Part shown: piece by piece, positions 10,668-23,127 of the stretch | Numbering within the stretch: position 1 is the first letter of the stretch | Layout of the letters: each line of letters opens with the position of its first letter | NCBI GenBank assembly: GCA_001600815.1 | Contig: BCKZ01000001.1 | Location: forward strand, 478,613 to 542,612 | DNA length: 64,000 nt | Direction of reading: 5' to 3' | Origin: Alloascoidea hylecoeti | Taxonomy: Eukaryota | Program-made: the position numbers and the translations under genes | The notes under the pieces: generated by a model | What the model saw: only the letters and a program-made list of their open reading frames with translations | Told to the model about the DNA's origin: nothing | Database searches by the model: none

Positions 10668-13600
10668 CTAATTACATCCTGCCAATTTCTTTCGTCGGCA
10701 GATGGGAATTATGCTTTGTAACACCGATGAAAGATCCTTAGGCAAAATAGGTTTAGGAACATAATCAGTCATCCCAGCTGCCAAACACCGCTCTCTGTCT
10801 TCTCCAACTGCATTGGCTGTCAATGCTATCACATTTGGTCTAGTCAACTCATCATATATTTGTTCTAGTTCAATAGTTGTCGTGATCCCATCTTTTCTAG
10901 GCATTTGTATATCCATTAATATACAGTCATACATTCCATTCCCGGAATTATATTCTTTTTCACACATTTCTAAAACCTCAATCCCATCTTTAGCGTGATG
11001 CGCCTCATATCCCATTCTTTTTAAATGTTGCAAAGCAACCTTTGTATTTATCATATTATCTTCCGCTAATAAGATTTTAAGTGGATTGGTATCCGATATT
11101 CTCCTTTTTTCTCTTTCTATCTCTTCACTTATAGACTTCTTCTTTTCTCTTTCAGTATCTGTAACCATAGGAGTGGTCATGGCTTCATTAGAATCGTTAG
11201 AACCAATGCTGGACCTAGACTCCTCTTGATTATGATCTGTCTCCAATCCTTGTAAACATTTTGAGATAATATCAACAAGTTTAGCTAGTTGGTATGGCCG
11301 AAATAATAATCTTGAATTAATATTAATATTATGATCTGTTTTACAATGATCATTCTTGATCTTTGTTCCAAAATCATTCATAATGATAGTTTTTGAACTA
11401 ATTGACAATTTTGATAACTCTTCTTGCTGAGAATCATCAAGTTTTTCAGTTAAAACACCATTTTCAATAAATACCAAATTATAATCTCTAATAATATCAT
11501 TGGTAATGAAATTACTGCCATTGAAATTTGGATAGTAATCAACTTTAAATCCAATTGTTTCTAAATCATTCTTCAATGACTCACTTGATAATTTCTTGTT
11601 ATCAAATAAAAGTGCATTTTTATTCTTGAAAATATTTGCATTGGTCTGTTTTATATCTTGTCCTTTTGCAATTAAAGAAAATTGAAATGTAGTTCCTTCT
11701 CCTTCAACACTTTCAAATGTTAAATGTCCTCCCATTAGTTCAACAAATGTTTTTGAAATTGCAAGTCCAAGTCCTGATCCTCCAAATTCTCTTCTTAACG
11801 TTCCATTAACTTGACTAAAAGCTTTAAAAACTCTATAAAATTAATTGGTAATTAGTAAATTATTATAATTAATGTTTGTAATTGCAGATAAATACTTACT
11901 TATTATGCGATCCTGGGGGTATTCCAATTCCAGTATCTTCAACTGCTACAACTAATTCATATCTATGATCAGATGAAACTCTTTTTGCCCTTGTTGTAAT
12001 TGTAATATGTCCCTTATTTGTAAATTTAACAGAATTTCCAACAAGATTAATAATAACTTGTCTTAATTTATTTGCATCACCATATATTAAATCCAAATCA
12101 TGACTATAATTAAAATGAACAAATTCTAAACCTTTTGATGTTGCTTGTTCTGCTAAAAATTTAATTGAACTTCCAATACATTTATTGAAAGAAAATGGTA
12201 AATTTTCAATTTCAATTGTTCCTTTTTCGAATTTTGAGAATGTTAAGATATCATCAATTATACTAAGTGTTAATTTAGAAGATGCTCTAATAGTTTCAAC
12301 ATATTCTTTTTGAATATCTGAAAGATTTGTTTCTAATAAGAATAATGAACAAGATAATAAAGCATTAAATGGTGTTCTTATCTCATGAGACATATTTGCA
12401 AGAAAATTGGCTTTTTCAACAGTTGCTTCCTCTGCTGCTTTTTTTGCTAAACCCATTTGATAATAAAGTCTTGATTTATCAATTGACATTGCTGCCTGTG
12501 TACAAAACAAATCAATTATACAATTAATCCTTGATGAAAATACATGGGATAAGTGCGTATTCTCAAGATATAAAACTCCAACTGTTTGAACCTGACTTAT
12601 GATTGGAACTCCAAGAACAGAATGACAGAATTTCCTATCATAATATGGATCTTTGCAATGGATTGTATCAAATTTAAAATTATTTTTATTCCTTGATATA
12701 CTTTCACCAGTTTCAGCAATTCTTCGGATTAATGATTCAGGGCATAGGTGTGGTAATGATGATAATGGTTCATGCTGAACACTTTTAATATTATTGAATA
12801 CACCAACTGCATCAATAAACAATTCTTCATTTTCCAAAGAAACAAAAACGCAATAATCTGCTCCTGAAATGGATAAAACACTTTCCATTAACTTTTGTAC
12901 AATTGATTTAAAGTTTATGGATTCTGAAATATCTAAGCATGATTTTAAAATTCTACCAAGTTCTCCCTCACTAAAATTCCTGGGCTTATTTGAATTTGCT
13001 GTGGGTGATAGCAAATTCTCATTTGTATATGTCAATAAATCCATACTTGATGTATTACTTGTGTTTGATGAAAATGAATTCGAACAAGATTTACTTCGCA
13101 TACTATCTCTTTTATCACAACTCGTCTCACTCAGAAGTGCAAGATCCCTAAGAACAAATCTTAACGGTGAAACTCCTTGTCCAACACTTGGACCATCATT
13201 TAATGCACCATATCCACTGTAACTAGCTATGGGAGTTGAAAATGGATCCGATATTGTAGTTCCATCCATATTATCTTTATTAGTTATATTTCTAATCATT
13301 GCTTCCATTGTTGTGAAATTTGATTCAAACTTATGAATAGTTGAATTATATCTCATGAATGAATTTGCAAAACTTTGAAGTTCCTCAACTTTTATTGTAG
13401 AACCCCATTCTTTATATAATTCAATTGAGTAATTTAAATTTTCTAGACTTTGAAAAGGTGCTGTTTTATATAACCATATCGAACTTCTTTCATTTATTTC
13501 TGCTGCCTCATGAATAAACCCATTTTGAAGTGCTAAAAGCGAAGATGTTTGATATATATCAAGAACAACTAAATCATTTTCGTTTCCAGCGCTCATTTCT

Positions 13601-16600
13601 GCTTTAAAGAATAAATATTTATGATAAAATGTTGCAGGACAAGTTTTTGACCAACGATGTAGATCATTATACCACATTGTTAGTAGTTCATAGGAATATG
13701 TATTCAAATCTTTATCACATTGATGAAGTGTTAATAAAGATGTTCCGAAAAACGCTATCGGTACTGAGAAAACTATATGGGGGAAATCTTTATAAATATC
13801 TGGTAAGATATTAGTTACAATATCCATTGCCGTTTTTGTATCGCCAAACATTCGTGACATTGAAAGTTTTAAAAGATAATACCATATAATATACATCTGA
13901 CTATCATAATCAGATCTTTCAAATGAAAAATGTTCATCGAATCTCTTTTGTAATTGAGAATCCATAGGTACTGCAGTAATTAACGATTCAAAAACATATA
14001 ATGTATAGCTAACAAACGTTCTTGTATCTTTTGATAAAAGTTCATTTTGATCTTGATACAAATAATAATTGAGTGATCGAAAATAGTCGGCCATAGATGC
14101 TAAACTTTTACCAGTTAAATATTTATATATAGCTCGAACTCCACTATAAAAAGAGTATTATTGATATTAGTAAATCCTAAGAATGAAAATACCATTTTTA
14201 TTATTTGATTGTAATTGTTAACTTACAAAAAGTTATCAAATTTAAAGGATACATCATTCAACATGGTCCTTCTTGGGGGCGATGCTATTATTGTAATGTA
14301 TCTGAAATTATAATTAGTTAGTTAAAGTTCGAAAAGCGCTTGAAGCGATTGTCAACTGCCACAAGTACTCACTTTTGTATATCCGGTAGAGGCTCAAAAA
14401 ACACTCCCACTGTCATTGCATAATATTCATAAACAGTCAGGGTAAAATTAACCCAGACAATATTATCCGATTCCACTACTGTTGTAATCAATTTGCAATA
14501 CTCATAAGCTCTAATCGTTGAAGAGTCTTCTTTTTCATTTAGAAACGTCATTGCAAGATAAACTAAAGCAAAACCACATGTCGAATTGATTCCATAATCA
14601 AGCATATATGTGACGGCTGTGAATGTAAGATATTCAAGAAGGTATCTTTTCTTTGCTAATGTTAATTTAGTTATTATGATTGCAATAAAATTCTGTATTA
14701 ATTCAATTCTTTCATCATTAATCTTTGAAAACTGAATGAATTCTCTAATCTCTGGAATTGCTACCGGCATTCTAGGTGATAGTTTTTGAATTTGCACTAA
14801 GTTCCACTCAACATCATCTTTGGCATTAACACCTAATAGATTTAATGCAATAAGAGCGAATTCTGTTGCTGATTTCGTTTCTTCTGTAGCATAAAGAGAT
14901 CTGACTTTAATTACAAGAAATTTAGCCTTTTTGATTTTGCAATCAACCGAATCGATATATTCATCGGCAAGTCTTAAAGTTTCTTTATAATTCATTTGTA
15001 AATATTGAAGTTTTAGCAACGATAATCTAGTTTCAAATAATTCTTCTTCATCCTTTAACATTTTTCTAACAATATCATAATACATGTTTGCTTCATTATA
15101 GTTAAAATTAGCTTCTAATGCATGCTTTCCTGCTTTCTTTAAAACTTTGATGTATTTTTCGTATTCTTCAGGCTTTGCAATTGTCCAAGATTTTGAAAAA
15201 TGAGAGGCAACAGCAGACACGCCATCTATCACTTTTATGGTACCCCATATCTTTTCACTATTTAAAAGGTTCATTCCAACCTTATTATGAATTTGCATTT
15301 TATCCTCTTCTAAAATCGATTCTCTAATAACATTCTTAACTTCAACATGAAAAAATCTAAACTTTGCCATTCGTGTTAATATTTCATATTCTTCTGGATT
15401 TTTTTCAAATATCTCTTCAATATCCCAAAATGGATATTTATAGTATTCAGAAGTTGGGGCTAGTAATTTCAGTTCAATAGCAAAGTGAATTGCCGAAGCA
15501 ATTGTCTGGGGAGAATAACCACAGACACATTCAATAAGAAATAATGAAAAAATATCTTCATCAAAGCAAGAGCATATTTTTAATATTTCCACGTAATCTT
15601 TTGGAAGCAATTTTAAAAAATGTAAAACATATCCGTCAGCTGAATTTGGTAGATTAACCATCTTAAGTTTTTCAAAATCAATAATCCAATTGTAATTATA
15701 GCCACATTTATCATAATTTGGGTTTGAATTTTGAATTTTAGAGGAATATACACAATATTTCAATATTCCTTGTTCAAATAAATACCTCATTATTGTTTTC
15801 ATTAATAAAGGATTTCCTTTAGCATTTTCATAAATAATTTGAGATAATGATTCAACCTGTAAGGATAATTGAAAATTTGGAATTGTTTTACTTAAATTTC
15901 CATTAATTTTGTAGGCTGCTTCATCACTATTTTTTTTGTTTTGATATAAATCCTTATCGTATAAAGCGCTATATATAAATTCTGTTATTTTCTCTGAAGA
16001 AAAGGGATTTAATTCTATTATCACCTTAGGTACTTGTAACAATTCTAAGGAAGATAAATAATCATCTGGACAACCCTTATCAGTAAGATATGTCAAAACA
16101 AATGTAATATTCGTTGTTTCCACCCCAAGGTCATTAATCAAATTGAATAATTCTTTGAGTGGTGTAGGGGAATACCATTGTATATTATCCCAAATAATTG
16201 TCAAAGATGTAGAAGAACCCAACAGAGAAAATAGAATTTTGAGTGCGTGCTGATATCTTAATCGTTGTTTCAAAGGTCCTTCTCTAGGTAAATTTGGAAG
16301 AAGGTCGATATAAGATTGACCAAGTAGTAGTTTTAAATCTGGAATTGAATCAAATAAAATAGAAAAGTCTGCATACGAGTTCATAGAAATGTAATCTTTC
16401 CATCGAGAAATAGATTTCGGTGAACCAGACAATATTTGACTTATTACTACTCTAAGGATATTTGCAATATTTGAAAATGGTGAGATTCTTTGCAAACTGT
16501 ATGGCGAAAGATTTGCAAATGCAACGAGACCTTTGACAGAGACAGCAGATTTTCTCAATTCACTAACCAGTTTTGTGGTACCACTTCCTGACTCACCAGA

Positions 16601-18409
16601 AACTATAATGGCATGCACTCCTCCACTTTTGATACTTTTATCATGGGCCTCTGTAAGTTGTTTCAATTCTTTTTGTCTTCCAAAAAGATGGTTTGGAATG
16701 ATAAATCTAGCGCTGAAGTTTTTATTGAAAGACTGTAAATTCAAAGTAGAACTTAGAACAGGATAATTTCGTTCGCCAGTACCAATATTGAAAATTGAAC
16801 AAGTTGTCACTAGTGTATATTTTATTTCTAGTAAATCATATATAAGACCCTCTGCACTTTGGTAACGATCTGAAGGATCTTTCTTTAGTAGGATCATCAT
16901 TAGATCATTTAAGGCTGGTGAAATCCATGGAGCATCTTCAATAGGTGGTAACGGTTTTTCACTTATCAATTTTTGAAACAAAGAGTTTTTATCAGAATCA
17001 TTGAAAGGTAGTTTACCTACTAAAAGTTCGTATAATACTGTACCCAAGCTATAAAAATCCGATCTATAATCAACTAAACTATTGATTTCTCCTGTTGATT
17101 CTGGTGAGGTATAGCACAACAAATTTTTGAAATCTTTCTTCATTTCTTTTCTATTATCATACATATAGTTAAATAGTGGTTCTCCTGAGGATAATGAGAA
17201 ACTTAAATCCCAGCTGGAAATGTATGTTTCGTTTTCAATATCAATGAATACAGTAGATGATGATATACAATTATGGGTGAAACCTTTGTGATGTATTACC
17301 TTTAGTGTCTCCAAGATGCGAACAATTACAGATATAATTGTAATTACTTCTTCATTTGTTCGTATAAAAGCTTTTTCATCATATTGAGGCAAAAATCTTT
17401 CTTCTAAGGTTAAAAGACCCTTCGAATTATCATAAACCAAAGCAATATTTAAGGGCGATTCATTCGTTATATTTGCAATCTTAATTGGCCTTAAGATACC
17501 TTTTACCCTCAATGGAATTCTAGGGAAGTTCAATGGTTCAGTAAATGTCTCATCATTTAGTATGAAAGAATAAGAAGCTGACCCTGCATTATACTGATAT
17601 GGCTTCGAAGACTCTAGACTATTTTCGGTTATTTGGTTATATTTCGTCAAAAGATCCCATTCATATCTCACGTTTGAAACAGTGCTCAATTTTGTGCGCA
17701 ATGACATTTTTAAAATGACCGACTTCTGGGTTTTAATATCAGTTCCCCTAAATAACGATATACCCTTAGGATTTAAAGCCCGTATCGGTGAAACATCCGA
17801 GTAATCTTTAATGTCTTTGAAATTTATAAGTTTTGAGGTTTGTATTGCTTTGAGATTCTGATTTAACTTTCTATGTAACCCATGACCATGACTGACTATT
17901 GAAGATTTCCCTTCTACATCGATAACAAATTTATTTTCTTTCTCCTTGCTTTCATTCCCTGAAGATCCTAGAAAGACATAGTCATTACGCCTGCTTACTG
18001 CCAACTGGAGAGGCCCTGGGACGGTGTCATATAAAACAGGCAAGTAATCCTTACGTTCACTGTTAAGAGAGGATCTATCAGATGTTGAAATCGAATGCCT
18101 CTTCGAATTAGTTATTTGATTTGAAAAATCAAGAGGACTATCCAACACAGGTATAGATAATGGCAATGATTCTTTAGGACTCACTGCTTGGGTTCCACAG
18201 TATCGGTACCCTTCAATTGTCTTCTCTCTATAATCAAAAGGTTTTCTAAAATTGAAGTAATCCGATAATGAGTTAGTAGTAGAGCCTTTTAAAGTTTTAT
18301 ATTTGCCTTGGTTTGTATTTTGAAATTGATCATCACAAGAAGTTGATTTTGAAGAGTTACTCCCGTTATTGCTGCTACTCATCTTAATCCAATAATCGTA
18401 ATTATACAT
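10668..18409 (-). CDS. CHK1: Group X hybrid histidine kinase (S/T-kinase-like, AAA-like, GAF, HisKA, HATPase, receiver); exons 14373-18409 (or 18382), 14227-14301, 11900-14143 and 10668-11832
   Basis: Three ORFs plus a 75-nt exon join in frame across introns 14302-14372, 14144-14226 and 11833-11899. Motifs: YTSPESTG, DYRSDFYSLG, LFGRQKE, GVLYLEN (GAF), FLANMSHEIRTP (H-box), NLVGNSVKFT, DTGIGI, GGSGLGL, LMDIQMP (receiver). The symbol refers to the Candida Chk1 histidine kinase, not the checkpoint kinase. Confidence 0.93.
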
Positions 18410-18436
18410 ATATATATATATATATTATATATATAT
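18406..18436. repeat. (AT)n microsatellite
   Basis: Interrupted AT dinucleotide run at the CHK1 5' end. Confidence 0.8.
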
Positions 18437-19104
18437 ACTATATTCGCAGTTGTACTAATGCCAATGTGGTTGTATATGTAATGAATATAAGAACACAGTC
18501 CAGTTCAAAAAATTGACTTCACAGTCTGAAATTGGGGTTATATTTATGGCAAAAAAAGAGTAGAAATAGAATTAATGTCGAGCTATAAGGAGGATAAAAA
18601 GAAATATTAATTTGACATCACTGACAAACTCACTTCTCTTCTGATTGTATAAGACAACATCAATAGAGCTCTTTATTTACGGTTACGTGAAAAATAGAGT
18701 TGTATATATTACCTGAATAATTAATAATATGGACGGTCACTGCTACATTACGTGGCTAGTGGCCAACAGAACTATATATGATACACTATATGATATATGT
18801 GATTATTCCCAGGATTAATAAATGGAATAGAAGGGATTTTATATAACCAGCAATCTACTTCATATGATTATAATTTGATATTTATTATATATGTAACTAA
18901 ACAAAAGTATATACTTGATGTCTCTAATATCTCGTAAATTTTTGTGTATCTAAAGCCTCTTAGAATTGAAGTCTTGTGGATCAATTTACTAATATCAAAC
19001 TTTCTACTTAGGTTGAAACACAACCATTGTACTATAGCTAGTAGCAACCTGTCCCTTCATCTAGTAATAATGGCCTGGGCATTTTACTGTTTGCTCAGTA
19101 CTCG

Positions 19105-19112
19105 TGACGTCA
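19105..19112. promoter_or_regulatory. CRE/ATF palindrome TGACGTCA upstream of CHK1
   Basis: Exact palindrome about 700 bp upstream, with additional TTACGT half-sites near 18683 and 18748. Confidence 0.3.
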
Positions 19113-20391
19113 GCATGATCCTGGTTTACTTCCTCAGCCAGGCATAATATAACAAGCACTCGAATTGTAATTGTATCGAGGAAGTATTCATCGATTAAGG
19201 TGACTACTATTATATATCATATTATATATCAGTCAACTTACAAAAAAACTAGCCTTATGATTAGAGTAAAACACACCTGTTCCCGGATTAATAAATATAA
19301 TCAAATGCTTATAATATCATTTACCGTGATTATGTGGTTGTATCATATTCCGTAAACCTCTATGTCGTCCTTACACTATAAATAGTCCTATTTATCCTAA
19401 ATAAATAGTAACCATTATCTTTTACAATTACAAATCAAGGTATATTTTGAAGGTTACAAGTTTAACGTTAATCGTAAGCTTATTATTACGAATTTTTATA
19501 CGAAGAAGCTTAAATATATTATGCATATAATAAGCCTAATAGGTTATGCAGCAAACGGCTTAAAATGTTAAAATCGGGGACTATTACATCTATAAACATA
19601 TAAGGCCTTATAATCATAATCATAATTTATTGTTTTGCTGTCTCAAGTTTATAATTCATTTTATAGTCGTAATATTTTCATTCCATTGTATAATATTAAA
19701 ATAACATTATCATCCAAACGGTGATAATTGCTGCTTGTCATCAGTCAATTGCATGTGGTTAAAATTTGGAAAGCAAGGTTTAGAACTATCGATTACATCG
19801 ATTAAAAGCGCTCCCTGAAGCATTAGTGTGTATTTACAGAATCTACTGATTACGCAAACAATTTTACTACTAATAATTATTTGGAGTACATGTAGTTTCT
19901 AATAATTATTGATCACTTTCACGGGTACTGTAATATAGTAGTAAGTCTTTTTAAAAGGATATCAAGATAATTCAGTGGAGAACAAAACTTATAAAGTAGA
20001 TTTTTTTCTCCTTTTATAGCTAATTTGTTTTATAACTATTTAGTGTATAACTATTTCTAGCGGAGTAGCCATTAAACTTATAGCTACTTCAATCGAAAAA
20101 AGCTATTTTTTATAGGGAAAGTTCTGGCGAACTTCACCTATAATCCAGGTACATTCTTTATATTCTTATCGTTATTTGTACTGTATTGTTCTATTTCAAT
20201 CTTATTGATCGGCAATAATGAGTCAAAAATTCCACTATCTGTAGCTAACATCCGTGAACTTACAATAGATCCAAAATTTCATACCTGTCACTTTAAGCTA
20301 TAGGATTCAAGTAGTTGGGTAATATACCTCAAATTAATTGTGACTCGTGTATCAAGTGCGACAGTGTGAGATTGAGGATAATTAAGGGTGG

Positions 20392-20494
20392 AAAAAATAA
20401 AAAATAAAAAATAAAAAATAAAAAATAAAGATAAAAAAAATAAAAAAAATAAAAAAAATAAAAAAAATAAAAAAAATAAAAAAAATAAAAAAAA

Positions 20495-20526
<32 letters not shown>
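20392..20526. repeat. Compound A-tract satellite: (TA6)n followed by (TA8)n
   Basis: About 135 bp containing almost only A, with single T at 7-nt and then 9-nt spacing. Confidence 0.95.
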
Positions 20527-20528
<2 letters not shown>

Positions 20529-20831
20529 ACAACATTAATGAAAACACAATTGATCACGAATCATAATAAATTAAACAGATAGAATATGATTATGCTCCTT
20601 CAATGATCTATAATCTAGTTTATTTATGTCATTGAAATATTGGTTAATTAATTAAAATTAAATTTAATATTTAATTAGGTGAAATATAGAATATCTCAAA
20701 TTTTGATTTATAGTTAAGGCTGATTAATCATAATATAATTATATGAACGGATATATATTACTTACATGATAACCAAAAGTGAAAACAAATTTAGTTACAT
20801 GTGCCAGAAATTCCAAAGATTAAATTAAATT

Positions 20832-22937
20832 TTATTCATCAGTCCTAACCCCGTTTATTTCGAGCCAAGAAACAACTTTATTTATAATATCGCCATTAAG
20901 AATCAATAATCCTTCCAGATTCTTGGAAACTTGCTCCACAGCTTGACATAACCATTGTACATCATAATATAATCCCAACTCCTGAAGACTATTAACTAAT
21001 ACCTTTTTCTTTGTGATAAATTGATCAACACAAAAGTGAAATATTACATCTTCATCAGGAAGCCTGATATTTGAAGCTAAAGGTTTTGGAAGTAATTCTC
21101 GAACTTTTTTAATAATATCACCAATTGAAGATTTTGGGAATAATCCGGATGTTAAACAATAAGGATTGTTGCACCATGATTTCCCACAGCCCCGCGAAAG
21201 CTGTAAAACATATCGTCTTTCAAATCGGCTTATTAATTTGATTCCTGTTGGATCATGCACAGTAGTATAAGAGGGGGCAAAACATTGTCGACATAAACCG
21301 AAATTTGTTATGTTTAAATCTTTATCAGAAACAATATTAACACATTCCTCATTCGTACATTTTCTTGGCCTTGGTTTTGAAATTCTATCCATATCATGCA
21401 TTTTCATATGCGATTTTAAATCTCTTAGTCGAATGGGTCGGGAACACCTCTCACAATCAACAGTCTTGGAACTACAATCCGATTCATGATTCGTGAAACC
21501 TTGAATTATATCCATTGGAGTAGCTTTACCTTGTGGTAGTTCTAGATGACAAAATCTACAGGCATGAAGTTTTTTAGGGCATATTGTGGCTTGATGAAGA
21601 GCAAAATTCACAAAGTTTGGAAGAACCTCTCCACATTTGCAAGTTATTTGTTTATGATATAAATTATAGTGTTCCGACTTTGAGGAGATAGTATTTCCCC
21701 AAAATCCATCATTTTCTTCACAATGCCAATGTTCGGATGGTATTTTCTTCTGAAATATTTGTTTGCAACCTAAAGGACATAGTTTGTTATGCCTGAGGCA
21801 GAAATTATAATGCAATTGATATGTTCTATTTGGAACTGTTGATTGACAGTTGGAACAGATGATCGTGTCTGATTGTCCTGATTGTTGTTCATTTGAAGCC
21901 GAAGAGACACCCTTTGTTCGTAAATTTAATGAGAAAATGCTAGAAGCTTTACTTTCGACAAGAATATAAATACTTTTGGCATCGTCTAGATATGCATTTG
22001 TTCCACTAATGATAACACTTTTCTCGTTCGAGGAAGTATCACCGAGCGAAGACCAGATGAACTGTTCATCACTAACAAAAACATCAGTTGAAATATAGAA
22101 ATTTGCAGGAGTTTGGTCTGAAATATCATCAAACTCTAATTCAACTATTAAAGATTTTTCTCTATCTTTCCATAATATTAAGTCAAGTTCCCATATCCGT
22201 ATTGCATTTTCTTTAAACCGAAAAGGTCCTAGAGATTGATCTAGAACTTTTAGTGGTATTGGTTTTAGCTTTTCTAACTTTTTATTTTCATTTATTCCTT
22301 GGATAGCCTGTTCATCCGATAATGGCACAATATCAAGGTCCACATCGGTATCCACAATGCACACCGCATCACTTGGCTTTAGGTCCGAAACTAGAAATTT
22401 ATATACACGTCCGGTATGATCATCTATCTGAAGTATTTCATTTTTAGTTAAGGTAGTATAAGAGGAGTGTAGTTTACTCTCAAACAATGCCCTCCAATCA
22501 TTAATGTGATAACCTGCCTCTAAAGGCTTGATTTGAAGATATGAACCCTTTGGTAGTTCAGAAAGTGAAATATTAACAGCTGCCCCAGGTTTGAGTTGTA
22601 ATTTGTCAGCTACAACGGGTGGAAGATAAACATAACCTTCGGGGGCGCTAAATTCTCTCACACCAACATGAGTAAGCTGCCCATTGATAGGGCTTTCCAT
22701 CTTGAAGGTTAAAGGCGATGGTAACGGGTTGGAGTCATTTGACTGAGAGATCAGGGTGTCTAATACTGAAGCAGGCAGGATTATTTTATCTGAGTAAGTT
22801 AACAGTGAAGGAAGAGTTAGATCTTTACTCGTTGTTTGCGCTGAACCCTGATTAATACTCAGCTCCACAGATTCCTGTAACTCTGAAGGAGCTTCATAAA
22901 TCAATTGGGAACGCCACCTGACGGAGGAAGAGGTCAT
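20832..22937 (-). CDS. UFD1-domain protein with TRAF/C2H2-type zinc fingers and an AZUL-like C-terminal region
   Basis: SDKIILPASVL...THVGVREFSAPEG...LPKGSYLQIKPL...YTTLTKNE...VCIVDTDVDLDI (UFD1 N-domain), several CxxC/H fingers, and RYVLQLSRGCGKSWCNNPYC. The first ATG is at 22937. Confidence 0.85.
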   Translation of the reverse strand: MTSSSVRWRSQLIYEAPSELQESVELSINQGSAQTTSKDLTLPSLLTYSDKIILPASVLDTLISQSNDSNPLPSPLTFKMESPINGQLTHVGVREFSAPEGYVYLPPVVADKLQLKPGAAVNISLSELPKGSYLQIKPLEAGYHINDWRALFESKLHSSYTTLTKNEILQIDDHTGRVYKFLVSDLKPSDAVCIVDTDVDLDIVPLSDEQAIQGINENKKLEKLKPIPLKVLDQSLGPFRFKENAIRIWELDLILWKDREKSLIVELEFDDISDQTPANFYISTDVFVSDEQFIWSSLGDTSSNEKSVIISGTNAYLDDAKSIYILVESKASSIFSLNLRTKGVSSASNEQQSGQSDTIICSNCQSTVPNRTYQLHYNFCLRHNKLCPLGCKQIFQKKIPSEHWHCEENDGFWGNTISSKSEHYNLYHKQITCKCGEVLPNFVNFALHQATICPKKLHACRFCHLELPQGKATPMDIIQGFTNHESDCSSKTVDCERCSRPIRLRDLKSHMKMHDMDRISKPRPRKCTNEECVNIVSDKDLNITNFGLCRQCFAPSYTTVHDPTGIKLISRFERRYVLQLSRGCGKSWCNNPYCLTSGLFPKSSIGDIIKKVRELLPKPLASNIRLPDEDVIFHFCVDQFITKKKVLVNSLQELGLYYDVQWLCQAVEQVSKNLEGLLILNGDIINKVVSWLEINGVRTDE

Positions 22938-23042
22938 GATAATGAGAATAGTTTTGAAGATGGCAAATTTAATCAATAAATATTAATAATCCATATCTTC
23001 ATGGGAAATTCAAGATCACATGATTAACCATTTTCACGTGTT

Positions 23043-23051
23043 GACACAAAT
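23043..23051 (+). promoter_or_regulatory. Middle sporulation element (Ndt80 site) candidate, GACACAAAT
   Basis: Matches gNCRCAAAW, 77 bp upstream of the chitin deacetylase ATG. Confidence 0.5.
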
Positions 23052-23127
23052 CCATTTTTATATCTTTATGCCCTTTTTTTTGTTTATTTCGTCTTTTTCA
23101 TTCACAGCGCCAAATACCCCCTTTGGA

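Noticed and set aside
20288..20557. 89-aa FLF-repeat ORF, and likewise the poly-Ile ORF at 55278-55598
   Set aside because: Both are translations of microsatellites.
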